From an uncultured Gemmatimonadales bacterium (lineage in GTDB: Bacteria > Gemmatimonadota > Gemmatimonadetes > Gemmatimonadales > GWC2-71-9), in contig CAWHFW010000003.1 in assembly GCA_963828735.1 (NCBI GenBank), forward strand, positions 160,001-224,000: a stretch of 64,000 nt of DNA. Direction: 5' to 3'. The first letter of the stretch is position 1; each line of letters opens with the position of its first letter. Position numbers and translations under genes: made by a program. The notes beneath the pieces were generated by a model. That model had not been told where the DNA came from. It searched no databases and saw nothing but the letters and a program-made list of their open reading frames with translations. This document shows positions 39,115-50,133 of this stretch, one piece after another.

Positions 39115-40506
39115 TTACCGTGCCGAGGTCGCGGTGAAGCTCATGACGCCGCCCTTCAACACCCACCGCACCCGCTGGTAGTTCGCCACGTCCGCCAGCG
39201 GATCCGCGCCGAGCGCGACCAGGTCGGCCGCCTTACCGATTTCGATCGTACCGAGCTCCGCCTCCCGTCCCATCGCGCGCGCCGCGTTCCGCGTCGCCGC
39301 CACCAAGACCTCCATCGGCGTGAGCCCGGCGTCCGCGAGCAGCGCGAGCTCGCGGTAGAAGGAGGGCCCGTGGAGCGTGCCGGGGTTTCCCGCGTCAGTG
39401 CCGGCCGCGAGGGTGATGCCGGCGTCCTGCACCCGTTTCGCGTTCGCCTGCGCCCTCGCGCGCTCTTCGTCGGACTGGCGGATCACCGTCGTGTCCGTCC
39501 ACCAGGCTTTCCCGTGCGACGGGTGCACCGGTCCCGATGCGACCAGCGCGCGCGACGCGGAGTCCGCGCAGGCGAGCGGGTAGAGCCGCCCGTCCACGGT
39601 CCCCTGCCCCGCCGCCAGGTAGCCCTCGATGACGGTGATGGTCGTGATGTAGACCACCTTGTGTGACCGGGCCAGCTCGAGGAACTCGTCGTCCACCGGC
39701 TTGTCGCTGACGCTGTGGACCAGCACGTCTGCGCCGGCGCGGATCGCGTCCTTCGCCTCCCAGAGCCCAGTCGCATGCACGATGACGCGCAGCTTCAGGC
39801 GATGCGCCTCCTCGACCGTCGCGCGAACCAGCGCCTGGACGCGCGCGGTGTCCGGCGGCTCGGGCGGCATGATGTACCAGATCTTGATCGCGTCGGTCCC
39901 GAAGGCGGCGTGCGAACGCACGGCCTCGCGCACCACCGAGTCGCTCGCCATGTAGACGAACTGCCGCTCGGCGGGGAGGTTGAGCCAGAAGTCGATGGTG
40001 GAGAGCAGTGGGCCGGCCGCCGCGATGCGCGGGGCGTGCGGATCGTTCGCGAACCGGTCGCGGAGGGCCCAGGTCCATGGATATCCGCCGACGTCGAAGA
40101 CCGACGTGATGCCGGTGCAGAGGTAGCTGCGGAAGAACCGCTCCGGATGCGCCTCAAGGTTGGCCTCGACCTGCGCGTAGGGATACGTGTCGCGAAGGTC
40201 GGCGGCGTCAGGGCGGCCGTCGAACCAGCCGGTCTGGCTGAAGTGGACGTGGGCGTCGATCAGTCCGGGGATGAGCCAGGCGCCCCGGGCATCGGTCCGC
40301 GCGGCGCCGGACGGAACCGGGCAGGCCTTGCGAGTCCCGGCGCATGTGATGCGGCCGCCGCGGATCAGGACGACGGCGTCGGTGACGGGCGGCGCGCCGG
40401 TCCCGTCGAGCAACGTCGCGCCGGTGATGGCGCGGGTGGTCTGGGCGGAGAGGGCGGGCGCCGCCGAGAGGAGTGCGAGGATCGAGACGACCGTGCGGAT
40501 GGGCAT
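39115..40506 (-). CDS. Amidohydrolase-family protein
   Basis: Signal peptide, PGLIDAHVH, IVHA, LVHS, AGTDAG, GTIEIGKAADLV. Confidence 0.92.
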   Translation of the reverse strand: MPIRTVVSILALLSAAPALSAQTTRAITGATLLDGTGAPPVTDAVVLIRGGRITCAGTRKACPVPSGAARTDARGAWLIPGLIDAHVHFSQTGWFDGRPDAADLRDTYPYAQVEANLEAHPERFFRSYLCTGITSVFDVGGYPWTWALRDRFANDPHAPRIAAAGPLLSTIDFWLNLPAERQFVYMASDSVVREAVRSHAAFGTDAIKIWYIMPPEPPDTARVQALVRATVEEAHRLKLRVIVHATGLWEAKDAIRAGADVLVHSVSDKPVDDEFLELARSHKVVYITTITVIEGYLAAGQGTVDGRLYPLACADSASRALVASGPVHPSHGKAWWTDTTVIRQSDEERARAQANAKRVQDAGITLAAGTDAGNPGTLHGPSFYRELALLADAGLTPMEVLVAATRNAARAMGREAELGTIEIGKAADLVALGADPLADVANYQRVRWVLKGGVMSFTATSAR

Positions 40507-40598
40507 GGGCACACCGGTGAAGGGAATCGCTGTGTTGGTATCCGATCCACTCGCTGGAAGGTGACAGGGGAGTGGATGGTGGTACTCCTCTCGCTCCG

Positions 40599-41282
40599 TC
40601 ACTGCTGCCGAAGCGGGACCGGAGCACCCAGCGTGGCCGTGATCCGCGCGCCTGCCCGCAGACACGCTCCGTTCGCGGCGCCGCGCCGGAGCCGCACCTC
40701 CGACGTCGGTACGGAGAGCGCTTCGTCCTTCTGGACCAGCGAGTCGAGTCGCACCTGAGGCGGCCCGGACGATCCGTCCCGCCGCAGGTGCAATACGGCC
40801 GTCGTGCCCGCGGGCAACATGGTGGCGCCGCCGGCCTTGACCGGCGAGGCCAGCCGCGCCGTGAACCGCTTCTGACCGGTGGACGGCGCACAGCTGCGCG
40901 ACGGCACCGTCAGATCGAGCACCGTGCCCTTGGGCAGCCGCTGCGACTCGACGGCCGCGGTGTCAGCCGCCGCGGTGTCCTTGGCCGTGGTGATGGGAGG
41001 CGTCGGCGGCGGCGCCGTCGTCGGTCGCGCAGTCGCGGACGTCCGCGCATGACTGTTGGTCGAGGCGGATTCGGCGATCACCGCCGCCGCGGAGTCCCGG
41101 TGCGTGCTCTCACGCGGTGCGGGCGCCGCGCTCACCGCTTGCGCCGCTGGCGGCTCGCGCCGGAACACGCCGAGCTGGTTGAGCCCCGCTACCAGTCCGC
41201 TCAGCGCGGCGACCAACCCGGTCGCGGTCGTCAGAACGCCGGGAAGGGATTTCCACCGGGATTGTTTCTGCTCGTCGGGCAC
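40599..41282 (-). CDS. Hypothetical membrane-anchored protein
   Basis: GTG after AGGAGGG; WKSLPGVLTTATGLVAAL TM, Pro/Thr linker, beta-rich C-terminal domain. Confidence 0.6.
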   Translation of the reverse strand: MPDEQKQSRWKSLPGVLTTATGLVAALSGLVAGLNQLGVFRREPPAAQAVSAAPAPRESTHRDSAAAVIAESASTNSHARTSATARPTTAPPPTPPITTAKDTAAADTAAVESQRLPKGTVLDLTVPSRSCAPSTGQKRFTARLASPVKAGGATMLPAGTTAVLHLRRDGSSGPPQVRLDSLVQKDEALSVPTSEVRLRRGAANGACLRAGARITATLGAPVPLRQQ

Positions 41283-41630
41283 CAGCCCTCCTTTCGTTCC
41301 TCGCCACTCCGAAGTGGGCCGCGGACGGGCATGGTGCTGTGAGCGAGGGCACAAATGCGAGCCGACGCGGTTCGGGCGTGCCCAGCGACGGCGAGGTCGA
41401 GGACCAGGAGGTCTCCGCTACGAGTCCCTGAACTTACGGGCGGCCGCGGCAGCGCGCACTGAGGCAACATCCGGATCGTCATCGCGAACAAGCCGAGCGG
41501 CCGGTCTGCTGCAGTATGCAACTCATTGCATTGGTTGGGCCTCGGGCTCGTCACGTGAGATCCCTCACAGCCGGCTCTGCGAACCAATCCTATGTTTTCC
41601 TTACACCCCCTTTATACGGAGGCGAGCAAC

Positions 41631-42086
41631 ATGCCGAGTCTTCGCACGTTTGCCGTCCTCGTGACGACCCTCCTGTCCGCCGCATGCTCGGAGGACCTGA
41701 CCCTGCCGGGCGGCAATGCTGGGAACACTCCCGCGCCTGCGTCCCTGACCGCGGTGGCAGGCGACGACCAGCGCGCTCCCGTCGGCGCGGTGCTCGATCA
41801 GCCGCTCACGGTCCAGGCGCTGGACGCGAGCGCGCAGCCCGTCGCCGGCGTCAGGGTGGAGTTCGCGTTCGTCGGCACCGCGGACGGCGCCACGCTCGAT
41901 CCGGCGGCCGATACCACTGGTGCCGATGGACGCGCGGCCACGACGGTTCGGCTGGGCCCGCTTCCCGGCGAGCAGACTATCGTCGCCGCGGTGGCCGACC
42001 CGCAGCTGCCGTCGCTCAGCGCACGGTTCACCGCCACCGCGACGCGCACGCACGGGCATGGCGGCGGCGAAGGTGGAGGCGATTGA
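41631..42086 (+). CDS. Lipoprotein with a bacterial Ig-like domain
   Basis: LSAAC lipobox; AGDDQ..VG..L..PLTV..LD..QPVAGV.V.F, TTGADGRA. Confidence 0.8.
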   Translation: MPSLRTFAVLVTTLLSAACSEDLTLPGGNAGNTPAPASLTAVAGDDQRAPVGAVLDQPLTVQALDASAQPVAGVRVEFAFVGTADGATLDPAADTTGADGRAATTVRLGPLPGEQTIVAAVADPQLPSLSARFTATATRTHGHGGGEGGGD

Positions 42087-42336
42087 GCCTTTCGAGTGGT
42101 CGTTGCGATCGGCGAGGGTGACGTACTCGCCGATGCAATGATCGGCGTCCTTCTCGCATTGCAAGCCGTTGCAGCACGGCGCCGCTGTGGTGTCAGCGTC
42201 CTCGACACCGCCAACAATTTGAGAATTGTGTGGACCCGCCTCGGGCACCCATAGTGAGTCGGCCCAAGGGTGGATGCGGGGATCGGCGATGGTTGGGCTC
42301 TCACCGACGTGCCTCATTCGGCAAAACGGAGGGTTC

Positions 42337-43047
42337 ATGCACATCCTCGCCCATCGCCGTTCCCACGCGCTCACCCTGGTCGCGTGCGGCATCCTCGCCG
42401 GCTGCAACGGCGAGAGCTCGAGCGTCGAGCCAAGCTCACCACCAGCTGCCCAGCTCGCCACCGCCGCCACCGGCTCCGGGGCCCCGAGCGGCGCGCACTA
42501 CAGCCTCAACATCATCGGCGTCGCCAAGGCCAAGAACCCCGACATGAGCGGCGCCGGCGGCAACGTGATCTTCGTGTCACTCGGCTCGAAGGACGGCGCC
42601 GCGGTGACCAGCAAGATCATGCTGGAGCAGAGCGCCCAGGCGGGCGAGTTCGCCGTGCTCGACAAGAACGGCACCGATGGTGAGGCATCCTTCTCGCTCC
42701 CCGCGCCCGGCAGCTACACGATCTGGGCCCGCGCCCTCGGCACGCCGGGTGGCCAGGCCAAGATCACCACGTGCGCCACCGACGTGACCGGCACCATCGC
42801 TGACGGCGATATCTGCTCCACGCAGCACGAGGTCTTCGTCCGCGGCACCGGGAAGAGCAGCTTCCGGAACGTGACGACGGCGCTCACGACCCTCACGCTC
42901 GATGCCGTAGTCGACGCCGCCGCGGTCACCGCCTGCGGTGGGACGACGGTGGGACTCTTCGATCCATGTCTGCAGGGATACTTCTGGCAGTACGACAACA
43001 ACGGGCTCAAGCTGTTGCAGGTGCGGTTCTATCAGAATCCTGCGTGA
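42337..43047 (+). CDS. Putative lipoprotein of unknown function
   Basis: GGAGG RBS, ILAGC lipobox, GAPSGAHYSLNIIGV...YFWQYDNNGLKLLQVRFY. Confidence 0.75.
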   Translation: MHILAHRRSHALTLVACGILAGCNGESSSVEPSSPPAAQLATAATGSGAPSGAHYSLNIIGVAKAKNPDMSGAGGNVIFVSLGSKDGAAVTSKIMLEQSAQAGEFAVLDKNGTDGEASFSLPAPGSYTIWARALGTPGGQAKITTCATDVTGTIADGDICSTQHEVFVRGTGKSSFRNVTTALTTLTLDAVVDAAAVTACGGTTVGLFDPCLQGYFWQYDNNGLKLLQVRFYQNPA

Positions 43048-43057
43048 GTACAGGGCG

Positions 43058-43095
43058 AGGCCGGTACCGGGGTAACCTCTCGCCGGTACCGGCCT
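43058..43095. terminator. Hairpin between convergent genes
   Basis: AGGCCGGTACCGG-12 nt-CCGGTACCGGCCT. Confidence 0.55.
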
Positions 43096-43161
43096 TCGTC
43101 GCTCGGCGACAGTCGCGGCCGAGAGGTTGGTAGTTTCGGGAATCGGCTTTGACCGTCGCGG

Positions 43162-44040
43162 TCAGACCGACTCCAGCGCGGCGGGCAGCATCGGCTCCGT
43201 GACCTCGAGCAGCTTCTCCATCTTCTCTCGCGTCCCCGTGCCCGGCGCCGGCACGTAGGCCACCAAGCGAAGCGACGACATCCGCTCGTCCAGCACCTCC
43301 AGAACGCTGTAGTCGAACACGAGCCGCCCGGCCTCCGGATGCTCGTAGTGCTTGACTCCCTCCTGAAACACCTCGATGTCGTTCTCGTTCCACCACCCAT
43401 CGAACTGGTCGCTCCGAGAGCGCAGCAAGGTCACCAGCTCGTTGAACCACGGATCGTCCACTCGGCTCGCGTACGTCGCCCGTAGCTTGGCGACGCACTG
43501 CCGTCCGTGCTTCTCCCAATCCACCAGGATCGACCGCATCCGGTCGCCCAGGAAAAGCTGGTACAGCGCGTTGCGCTCGATTCCCTGGAGGCTCGCGAGA
43601 TCGCCGTGGATGACCGACGCGGCGCGATTCCATGCCACGATGTCCCACCGCTCCCCGAACACCCAGGCGGGGCCGTAGTCCATCTGGTCGATGAGGCGCT
43701 GAAGCCGGAGACTCACCGATACCGACCGTGGGAGGTCCGAGCCGCTCGCCGGCACCGCGTAGCCGCCCAGCGTGAGCAGGTGGCGGGTCTCGTTGGGCTC
43801 GAGCCGGAGCGCGGCGCCGATGCGCGTCAGGACCTGCGCCGAGGGCCGGACCTCGCGGGCCTGCTCCAGCCAGGTGTACCACTCGGCGCTGACCCCGGCA
43901 GCGGCGGCGACCTCCTCCCGCCTGAGGCCGGGCGTGCGCCGGCGATGACCCCTCGGCAGCCCCAGCTCCTCCGGCTGGCGGCGCATGCGCCGGGTCTTGA
44001 GGAAATCGGCGATCTCCCGTCTGCGTTCATCGCTCAGCAT
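43162..44040 (-). CDS. MmyB-like transcriptional regulator (XRE HTH + ligand-binding domain)
   Basis: RRRTPGLRREEVA..AGVS.EWYTWLEQAR, WDIVAWN, HPEAGRL. Confidence 0.93.
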   Translation of the reverse strand: MLSDERRREIADFLKTRRMRRQPEELGLPRGHRRRTPGLRREEVAAAAGVSAEWYTWLEQAREVRPSAQVLTRIGAALRLEPNETRHLLTLGGYAVPASGSDLPRSVSVSLRLQRLIDQMDYGPAWVFGERWDIVAWNRAASVIHGDLASLQGIERNALYQLFLGDRMRSILVDWEKHGRQCVAKLRATYASRVDDPWFNELVTLLRSRSDQFDGWWNENDIEVFQEGVKHYEHPEAGRLVFDYSVLEVLDERMSSLRLVAYVPAPGTGTREKMEKLLEVTEPMLPAALESV

Positions 44041-44145
44041 GGTTCCACCTCGTCCGTTTTCCAGGCTTTCAACGTCCCCTTGGAAGCGCAGGCCGCAATC
44101 ACGGTAGCGGTCAGGTGACCGGCTAGGCAGGGAGCGCCAATACCA

Positions 44146-44165
44146 GGATAAGTACTTCCTTATCC
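44146..44165. promoter_or_regulatory. Palindromic operator between the regulator and the aldo/keto reductase
   Basis: GGATAAG-N6-CTTATCC. Confidence 0.55.
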
Positions 44166-44268
44166 CCGGATATGCTGATGCTAGTGTGGATCCCGCGGGA
44201 ACGCAAAGTACCGGACCCGCGGACACCGATGACACACGAACCTCGTATGACGCACCTATGAGGAGTGC

Positions 44269-45264
<996 letters not shown>

Positions 45265-45426
45265 GCCATGAGCCGCCCGACCCGGCAAGTACACAGGATT
45301 ACCCATTCCCGGGCGCGGACGGGCGCTGGTCAGTTCAGCCGATGCGGCCCGTCCGCCCCCGTCCTATTGTCCCGGCCGGGGGCCGGGTGGGACCCGAGGC
45401 ATGATACGTTCGCAATGGAGCTTTCG

Positions 45427-45891
45427 ATGGACGACAAGAGCGCGGTGAGGCGGGCGGTGGACCAGCTGCTCCAGGGAGATGTCGGCCCGATGCTCGACGT
45501 CCTTGCGGAGGACGTGGAGTTCGAGGTGGCGACCGGTGGCGATGCGCCCGACGGCGGGAGGGAGTGGGGCAAGCAGCCGGTCGTGGAGTATTTCAGTGCG
45601 CTTGGCGGGCTGGTGGCCTTCTGGCAGATGGACTACACCGCGACGGGCGAGCAGGTGATCGCGTGGGGCAAGGAGACCTTCACGGTGGAGCACTGCGAGC
45701 TCCAAGGAGGGTGCGAGTTCGCGCTGGTGTTCGACCTCTCCGACGGCATGATCGCCCGGTTCCTGGTCGTCGAGGACCTGCGGTCGTTCATCCGCGCGGG
45801 CGGGTCCCTGGGCGAGGAGCGGCCGGTCAGCGTGGCACGGAAGACTCCACGGGGTGTCGATTTCGCCGCCGCTCCTTCGACGTACAGGTAG
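45427..45891 (+). CDS. SnoaL/NTF2-like protein
   Basis: GDVGPMLDVLAEDVEF, FALVFDLSDGMIARF. Confidence 0.75.
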   Translation: MDDKSAVRRAVDQLLQGDVGPMLDVLAEDVEFEVATGGDAPDGGREWGKQPVVEYFSALGGLVAFWQMDYTATGEQVIAWGKETFTVEHCELQGGCEFALVFDLSDGMIARFLVVEDLRSFIRAGGSLGEERPVSVARKTPRGVDFAAAPSTYR

Positions 45892-45931
45892 AAGCGATGC
45901 TTCCAACCTGTCACCCGAAGGAGATGTCGTC

Positions 45932-46057
45932 ATGCCGAACAGCCACTCCACCGCTTCGCGGACGACCGGCGGCCCGCTCTGGGCGCTTCAGGTCCTGCTC
46001 GCGGCGCTGTTTCTGTTCGCCGGCGGGTTCAAGCTCGTGACGCCGATCGCGGCGTAA
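45932..46057 (+). pseudogene. DoxX-family N-terminal remnant (41 aa)
   Basis: AAGGAG RBS; LWALQVLLAALFLFAGGFKL, typical of the first DoxX TM helix, then a stop. Confidence 0.6.
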
Positions 46058-46117
46058 CGCCGAACGCATTCAGAGTGGCCCGGTCGCTTCGCCGTGGATT
46101 CCCTCTTAGCTTCAAGC

Positions 46118-48424
46118 ATGCTTCATCGAGGTGACCGAGCCGTCCTCGAGTCGATCTCTGTAAGCGATCGCTACACAGTCGACCGAGAGCTGGGCCGGGG
46201 CGGGATGGCGGTGGTGTATCTGGCGCGCGACCGCAAGCACGACCGCCCCGTAGCGATCAAGATCCTGCGCCCTGAGATCGTCGCCGGCGAGGACGCCCAG
46301 CGCTTCCTGCTCGAGATCCAGATCCTCGCGCGGCTTCAGCACCCGCACATCCTTCCCCTGCTCGACTCCGGCGCCACCGACGAGTCGTCACCCCGTCCGT
46401 ACTACGTCATGCCGTACGTGGACGGCGAGACCCTGCGCCAGCGGCTCACTCGCGAGGGCCCCCTCCCCGTCTCGGAGGCATTGCGCCTGATGCGGGAGGC
46501 CGGCGAGGCGCTTCACTACGCGCACGGGGAGGGTCTGATTCATCGCGATGTGAAGCCCGAGAACGTCCTGCTCTCGCAAGGCCACGCCCTGGTCGCGGAC
46601 TTCGGCATCGCGCGTGCAGCGGGGATCGCGGCGGCCGGAGACCGCCTCACCCGGCCCGGCCTGAGCATGGGGACCCCTGCTTACATGAGTCCCGAGCAGG
46701 CCGGAGGCGACCGCGAGGTCGACGCCCGGGCGGACCAATACAGCCTCGCCTGCGTTCTCTACGAGCTGCTGGCGGGTCAGCCGCCCTTCACCGGGCCCGA
46801 CATGCTCGCGGTGTTGTCGCGCCAGGTGCTCGACCCGGTGCCGCCGCTCACGACGCTTCGCCCGGGAGCGCCCGCGTCGGTGCGACGGGCCGTCGAGCGG
46901 GCGCTGTCCAAGATCCCGGCGGACCGGTTCGGGAACGTACTGGAGTTCCTGGCGGCGCTCGAGGCCCCGGACGCGCCCGCGCCCTCGGCCCCACCGAAGC
47001 AGGCCATCGTGGTGCTGCCGTTCGCCAATTTGAGCCCGGATCCCGACAACGCGTACTTCGCCGACGGCCTGATGGAGGAGGTCATCGCCGACCTCTCCCG
47101 GGTCCGGGCGCTCACCGTGATCTCCAGGACTTCGTCGGTCAAGCTCAAGGACACCGACTGGGACCTCCGGCGCATCGGCCGGGAGCTCAACGTTCGCTAC
47201 GCGCTCGAGGGCAGCGTGCGCCGAGCGGGTTCCACGCTCCGCATCACGGCCCAGCTGATCGATACCGAGACCGATGCCCACCTCTGGTCCGAGAAGTATT
47301 CGGGCACGGTCGACGACGTGTTCGACCTGCAGGAGCGGCTCTCGCGCCAGATCGTGGAGGCGTTGCGGATCACGCTGTCCCCGCCGGAGGACCGCCAGAT
47401 CGCGGAGCGGCCGATCGCGGATATCCGGGCGTTCGAGTACTACCAGCGCGCGCGACAGGAGTACTACCGGCATAGCGCCGAGGGAATGGTGGCCGCGCGG
47501 GCGCTCGCGGAGCATGGGCTCGCTGTCGTGGGGCCCCACGAGGCGCTGTACGGGATGCTGGGAACGGTGTACGCCTGGTCGCCGACCTTCCTCGGCAGCG
47601 ACGAGGACACGACCCTGCGCGAGGCCGAGGATTGTGCTCGCCGCGCCTTCGACCTGAACCCCGACTCGGCGCAGGGCGTCTCGATCATGGGTCAGGTTGC
47701 CTACCGCCGCGGCCAGGCGGGAGAAGCCGTCCGGCTGCTGACCCGAGCCTGCGCCCTGGAGCCCAACAACCCCGACACGATGCATCAGCTGGCCGGGGCA
47801 TATCTGCTGGGCGGGCGGATCGGCCCGATGCGTGACGTGCTGACCCGGCTGGTCGAGCTGGACCCGCTCACGGCCAGCAATCACTGCCTGCTGGGGCTGA
47901 GCTACTCGCTGGCCGGCGACGCACCGGCGGCGCTGCCCTCCCACTGGCGGGCGGTCGACCTGGATCCGCGGAGCACCATCTGTCGGGTCTGTTCCGGGGT
48001 CGCGCTGGTGGCTTCCGGGCGCGAGGCCGAGGCGGCGCGTGAGTTCGAGTGGCTGGAACGCCAGCCTGCGGACGATCACCTGGCGACGGTGGCGGTGCGC
48101 TTCTGGCGCGGCCTGACCGGCGACCGGGCGGCCGTGCTGTCGCCCTTGAGTGTGGCGGAGCGCGCGATCGCGGAGTCCGACGAATACTGGACGTACCTCA
48201 TGGCCGCGGCCTACGCCCAGGTCGGCGAAGCGGATCAGGCTCTCGCGTGGCTCGACCATGCGGTGACGGTCCGCGGCTGGGTCGACCACGTGTACTTCAC
48301 TCGACACGATCGTTTTCTCGTGAGCGTACGGTCGACCCGTCGCTTTCAGGAGCTGATGGCCTCCGCGCGCGAGCGGTACGAGCGGTTCACCGATAACGGA
48401 GCTCCCACGCTGCGGGCGGTCTAG
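46118..48424 (+). CDS. Ser/Thr protein kinase with TolB-N-like domain and TPRs (start uncertain)
   Basis: GRGGMAVVY, HRDVKPEN, DFG, GTPAYMSPEQ; IVVLPFANLS..YFADG..LEGSVRR..RITAQL; TPR C-terminus. Confidence 0.93.
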   Translation: MLHRGDRAVLESISVSDRYTVDRELGRGGMAVVYLARDRKHDRPVAIKILRPEIVAGEDAQRFLLEIQILARLQHPHILPLLDSGATDESSPRPYYVMPYVDGETLRQRLTREGPLPVSEALRLMREAGEALHYAHGEGLIHRDVKPENVLLSQGHALVADFGIARAAGIAAAGDRLTRPGLSMGTPAYMSPEQAGGDREVDARADQYSLACVLYELLAGQPPFTGPDMLAVLSRQVLDPVPPLTTLRPGAPASVRRAVERALSKIPADRFGNVLEFLAALEAPDAPAPSAPPKQAIVVLPFANLSPDPDNAYFADGLMEEVIADLSRVRALTVISRTSSVKLKDTDWDLRRIGRELNVRYALEGSVRRAGSTLRITAQLIDTETDAHLWSEKYSGTVDDVFDLQERLSRQIVEALRITLSPPEDRQIAERPIADIRAFEYYQRARQEYYRHSAEGMVAARALAEHGLAVVGPHEALYGMLGTVYAWSPTFLGSDEDTTLREAEDCARRAFDLNPDSAQGVSIMGQVAYRRGQAGEAVRLLTRACALEPNNPDTMHQLAGAYLLGGRIGPMRDVLTRLVELDPLTASNHCLLGLSYSLAGDAPAALPSHWRAVDLDPRSTICRVCSGVALVASGREAEAAREFEWLERQPADDHLATVAVRFWRGLTGDRAAVLSPLSVAERAIAESDEYWTYLMAAAYAQVGEADQALAWLDHAVTVRGWVDHVYFTRHDRFLVSVRSTRRFQELMASARERYERFTDNGAPTLRAV

Positions 48425-48469
48425 TGAGCATTCGGACTCCGGCGCGCCTGAATGTTCAAGACCGCCACC

Positions 48470-49990
48470 CTACAGATGCAGGGAACGGATGCGGCGAGAC
48501 TCGAGATAGCGCTCCAGCCTCGCTGGCGTGGGCTCCGGATCGGCCAAGCCAACATAACCGTCCGGTCGCACCACATAGACGGCATCGCGTTCGAGCCCCG
48601 CGCGGGCAGCGGCGGATTCCCAGGGAAAGCGGTGCAGGGCCACCCCCCGGCGGCTGCATGTTTCCTGTATTCCTGCCGTCGCCGCGCCATAGACGTGCAC
48701 CTGCCAATCCAGCGACGCCAGCGGGCTGAAGTTGTCGGCAGGGATCCACGGTAGCCGATCGCCACCCGCCACGCGTCCCGCGCGCCCCTCACTCAAGCTG
48801 CTGCCCCGATATGTGATCGCGATCTGCGAGACCGTGCGGAACATGAGCCGCCGAAAGGCGGTCGACGCGAACACCGCCGGGAGCAGACGCGGCACCACGT
48901 CGACCCGCACGCGGCGAGCGATCGGGCCCGCGCTGGTGACCACCGTGAAGGCCCGATCCGTCGTCGCGACCAGCCGTCGGGCGAAGGCGATCCGCTCGGG
49001 CTCATACGTGTCCAGCAGCGCGGTGTCGGCACGCCCCTGTAACACCGCCGCCAGCTTCCAGGCCAGGTTCACCGCATCGCCGATGCCGGTGTTCATACCC
49101 TGCCCGCCCACGGGACTGTGAATGTGAGCGGCGTCGCCCAGCAGGAACGCGCGGCCCAGCCCGAAGTGGTCCGCCACCCGATGATGCACGCGGTAGGTCG
49201 AGAACCAGTTCACCCGGTCGACCGCAATGCCCAGGCGGTCGATCACGCCTTTGCCGACATCGTCCCACGACAGCGTCTCGTCCTGTCCCTCCGTCTCCCG
49301 CCGCACGGTCCCGATGAGGCGGCCACGTCCCCCCCTCGACATCGGAAACACGGCGAGGAAATCGGCGTCGTCGAGTGCGATGTGCAGCTCGCCGTTCATC
49401 GCCGGCCCGCTCGCCTCGACATCGGCGACATAGTAGAGATGGGAGTACGTGCCGCCGGGGAACCCGACGCCCAGCACCTCGCGGACCTTAGAACGGGCAC
49501 CGTCGCACCCGGCGAGATAGGCCGCCTCGCATGTCTCCTCGGTCCCATCCGGCCGACGCAGGCGCGCCAGCACGCGGCCGCCGCTGTCCTCGAAGCCGAG
49601 CAGCTCAGTCCGGCGCTCGACCTGGACGCCGGCGTCGGCGAGGCGCTCGATCAGGAGGCGCTCATGCTGGTCCTGGGGAAAGATCAGAACGTACGGGAAC
49701 GGGCTCAGCCCCTGCCCCATCGGACCGAAGACGACGTGTGCAGCCTTCCGGCCACCCGCCCAGAGGTTCGCACCCGCGAACTCGAGGGCGCGTTCCACGA
49801 CCGCCTCCGCCAGGCCGACCTGCCGGTAGAACTCGAGCGTCCGCGCGTGCACGACCAGGGCCCGCGACGTGGTGCCGGGCTCGGCGGTCTTGTCGACGAG
49901 GCGAAGCCGCACGCCCAGGCGATTCAACCAGAGGGCAAGCACCAGGCCGGTTGGGCCCGCGCCGTTGATGAGAACTTGGGTGTCGGACAT
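48470..49990 (-). CDS. FAD-dependent monooxygenase (UbiH/PheA family)
   Basis: GAGPTGL, GCDGARS, LLGDAAHIHSPVGGQGMNTGIGDA, VRPDGYV. Confidence 0.93.
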   Translation of the reverse strand: MSDTQVLINGAGPTGLVLALWLNRLGVRLRLVDKTAEPGTTSRALVVHARTLEFYRQVGLAEAVVERALEFAGANLWAGGRKAAHVVFGPMGQGLSPFPYVLIFPQDQHERLLIERLADAGVQVERRTELLGFEDSGGRVLARLRRPDGTEETCEAAYLAGCDGARSKVREVLGVGFPGGTYSHLYYVADVEASGPAMNGELHIALDDADFLAVFPMSRGGRGRLIGTVRRETEGQDETLSWDDVGKGVIDRLGIAVDRVNWFSTYRVHHRVADHFGLGRAFLLGDAAHIHSPVGGQGMNTGIGDAVNLAWKLAAVLQGRADTALLDTYEPERIAFARRLVATTDRAFTVVTSAGPIARRVRVDVVPRLLPAVFASTAFRRLMFRTVSQIAITYRGSSLSEGRAGRVAGGDRLPWIPADNFSPLASLDWQVHVYGAATAGIQETCSRRGVALHRFPWESAAARAGLERDAVYVVRPDGYVGLADPEPTPARLERYLESRRIRSLHL

Positions 49991-50052
49991 CGGCTGGCTC
50001 GAATCCCTTCGCGGCGATGTGAGCAAAGATAGAGATGGCCAAGCGGGGATGG

Positions 50053-50088
50053 GGTAGAGGCGGGAGAGGCGGGAGAGGCGGCAGGGCG
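50053..50088. repeat. Short 9-nt tandem repeat (GGGAGAGGC, 3-4 degenerate copies)
   Basis: GGTAGAGGC GGGAGAGGC GGGAGAGGC GGCAGGGC in a divergent intergenic region. Confidence 0.5.
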
Positions 50089-50133
50089 CATTCGCGCTCG
50101 ATTACCTTAGTGCCACTCCTGCGAAGGTCGCCG

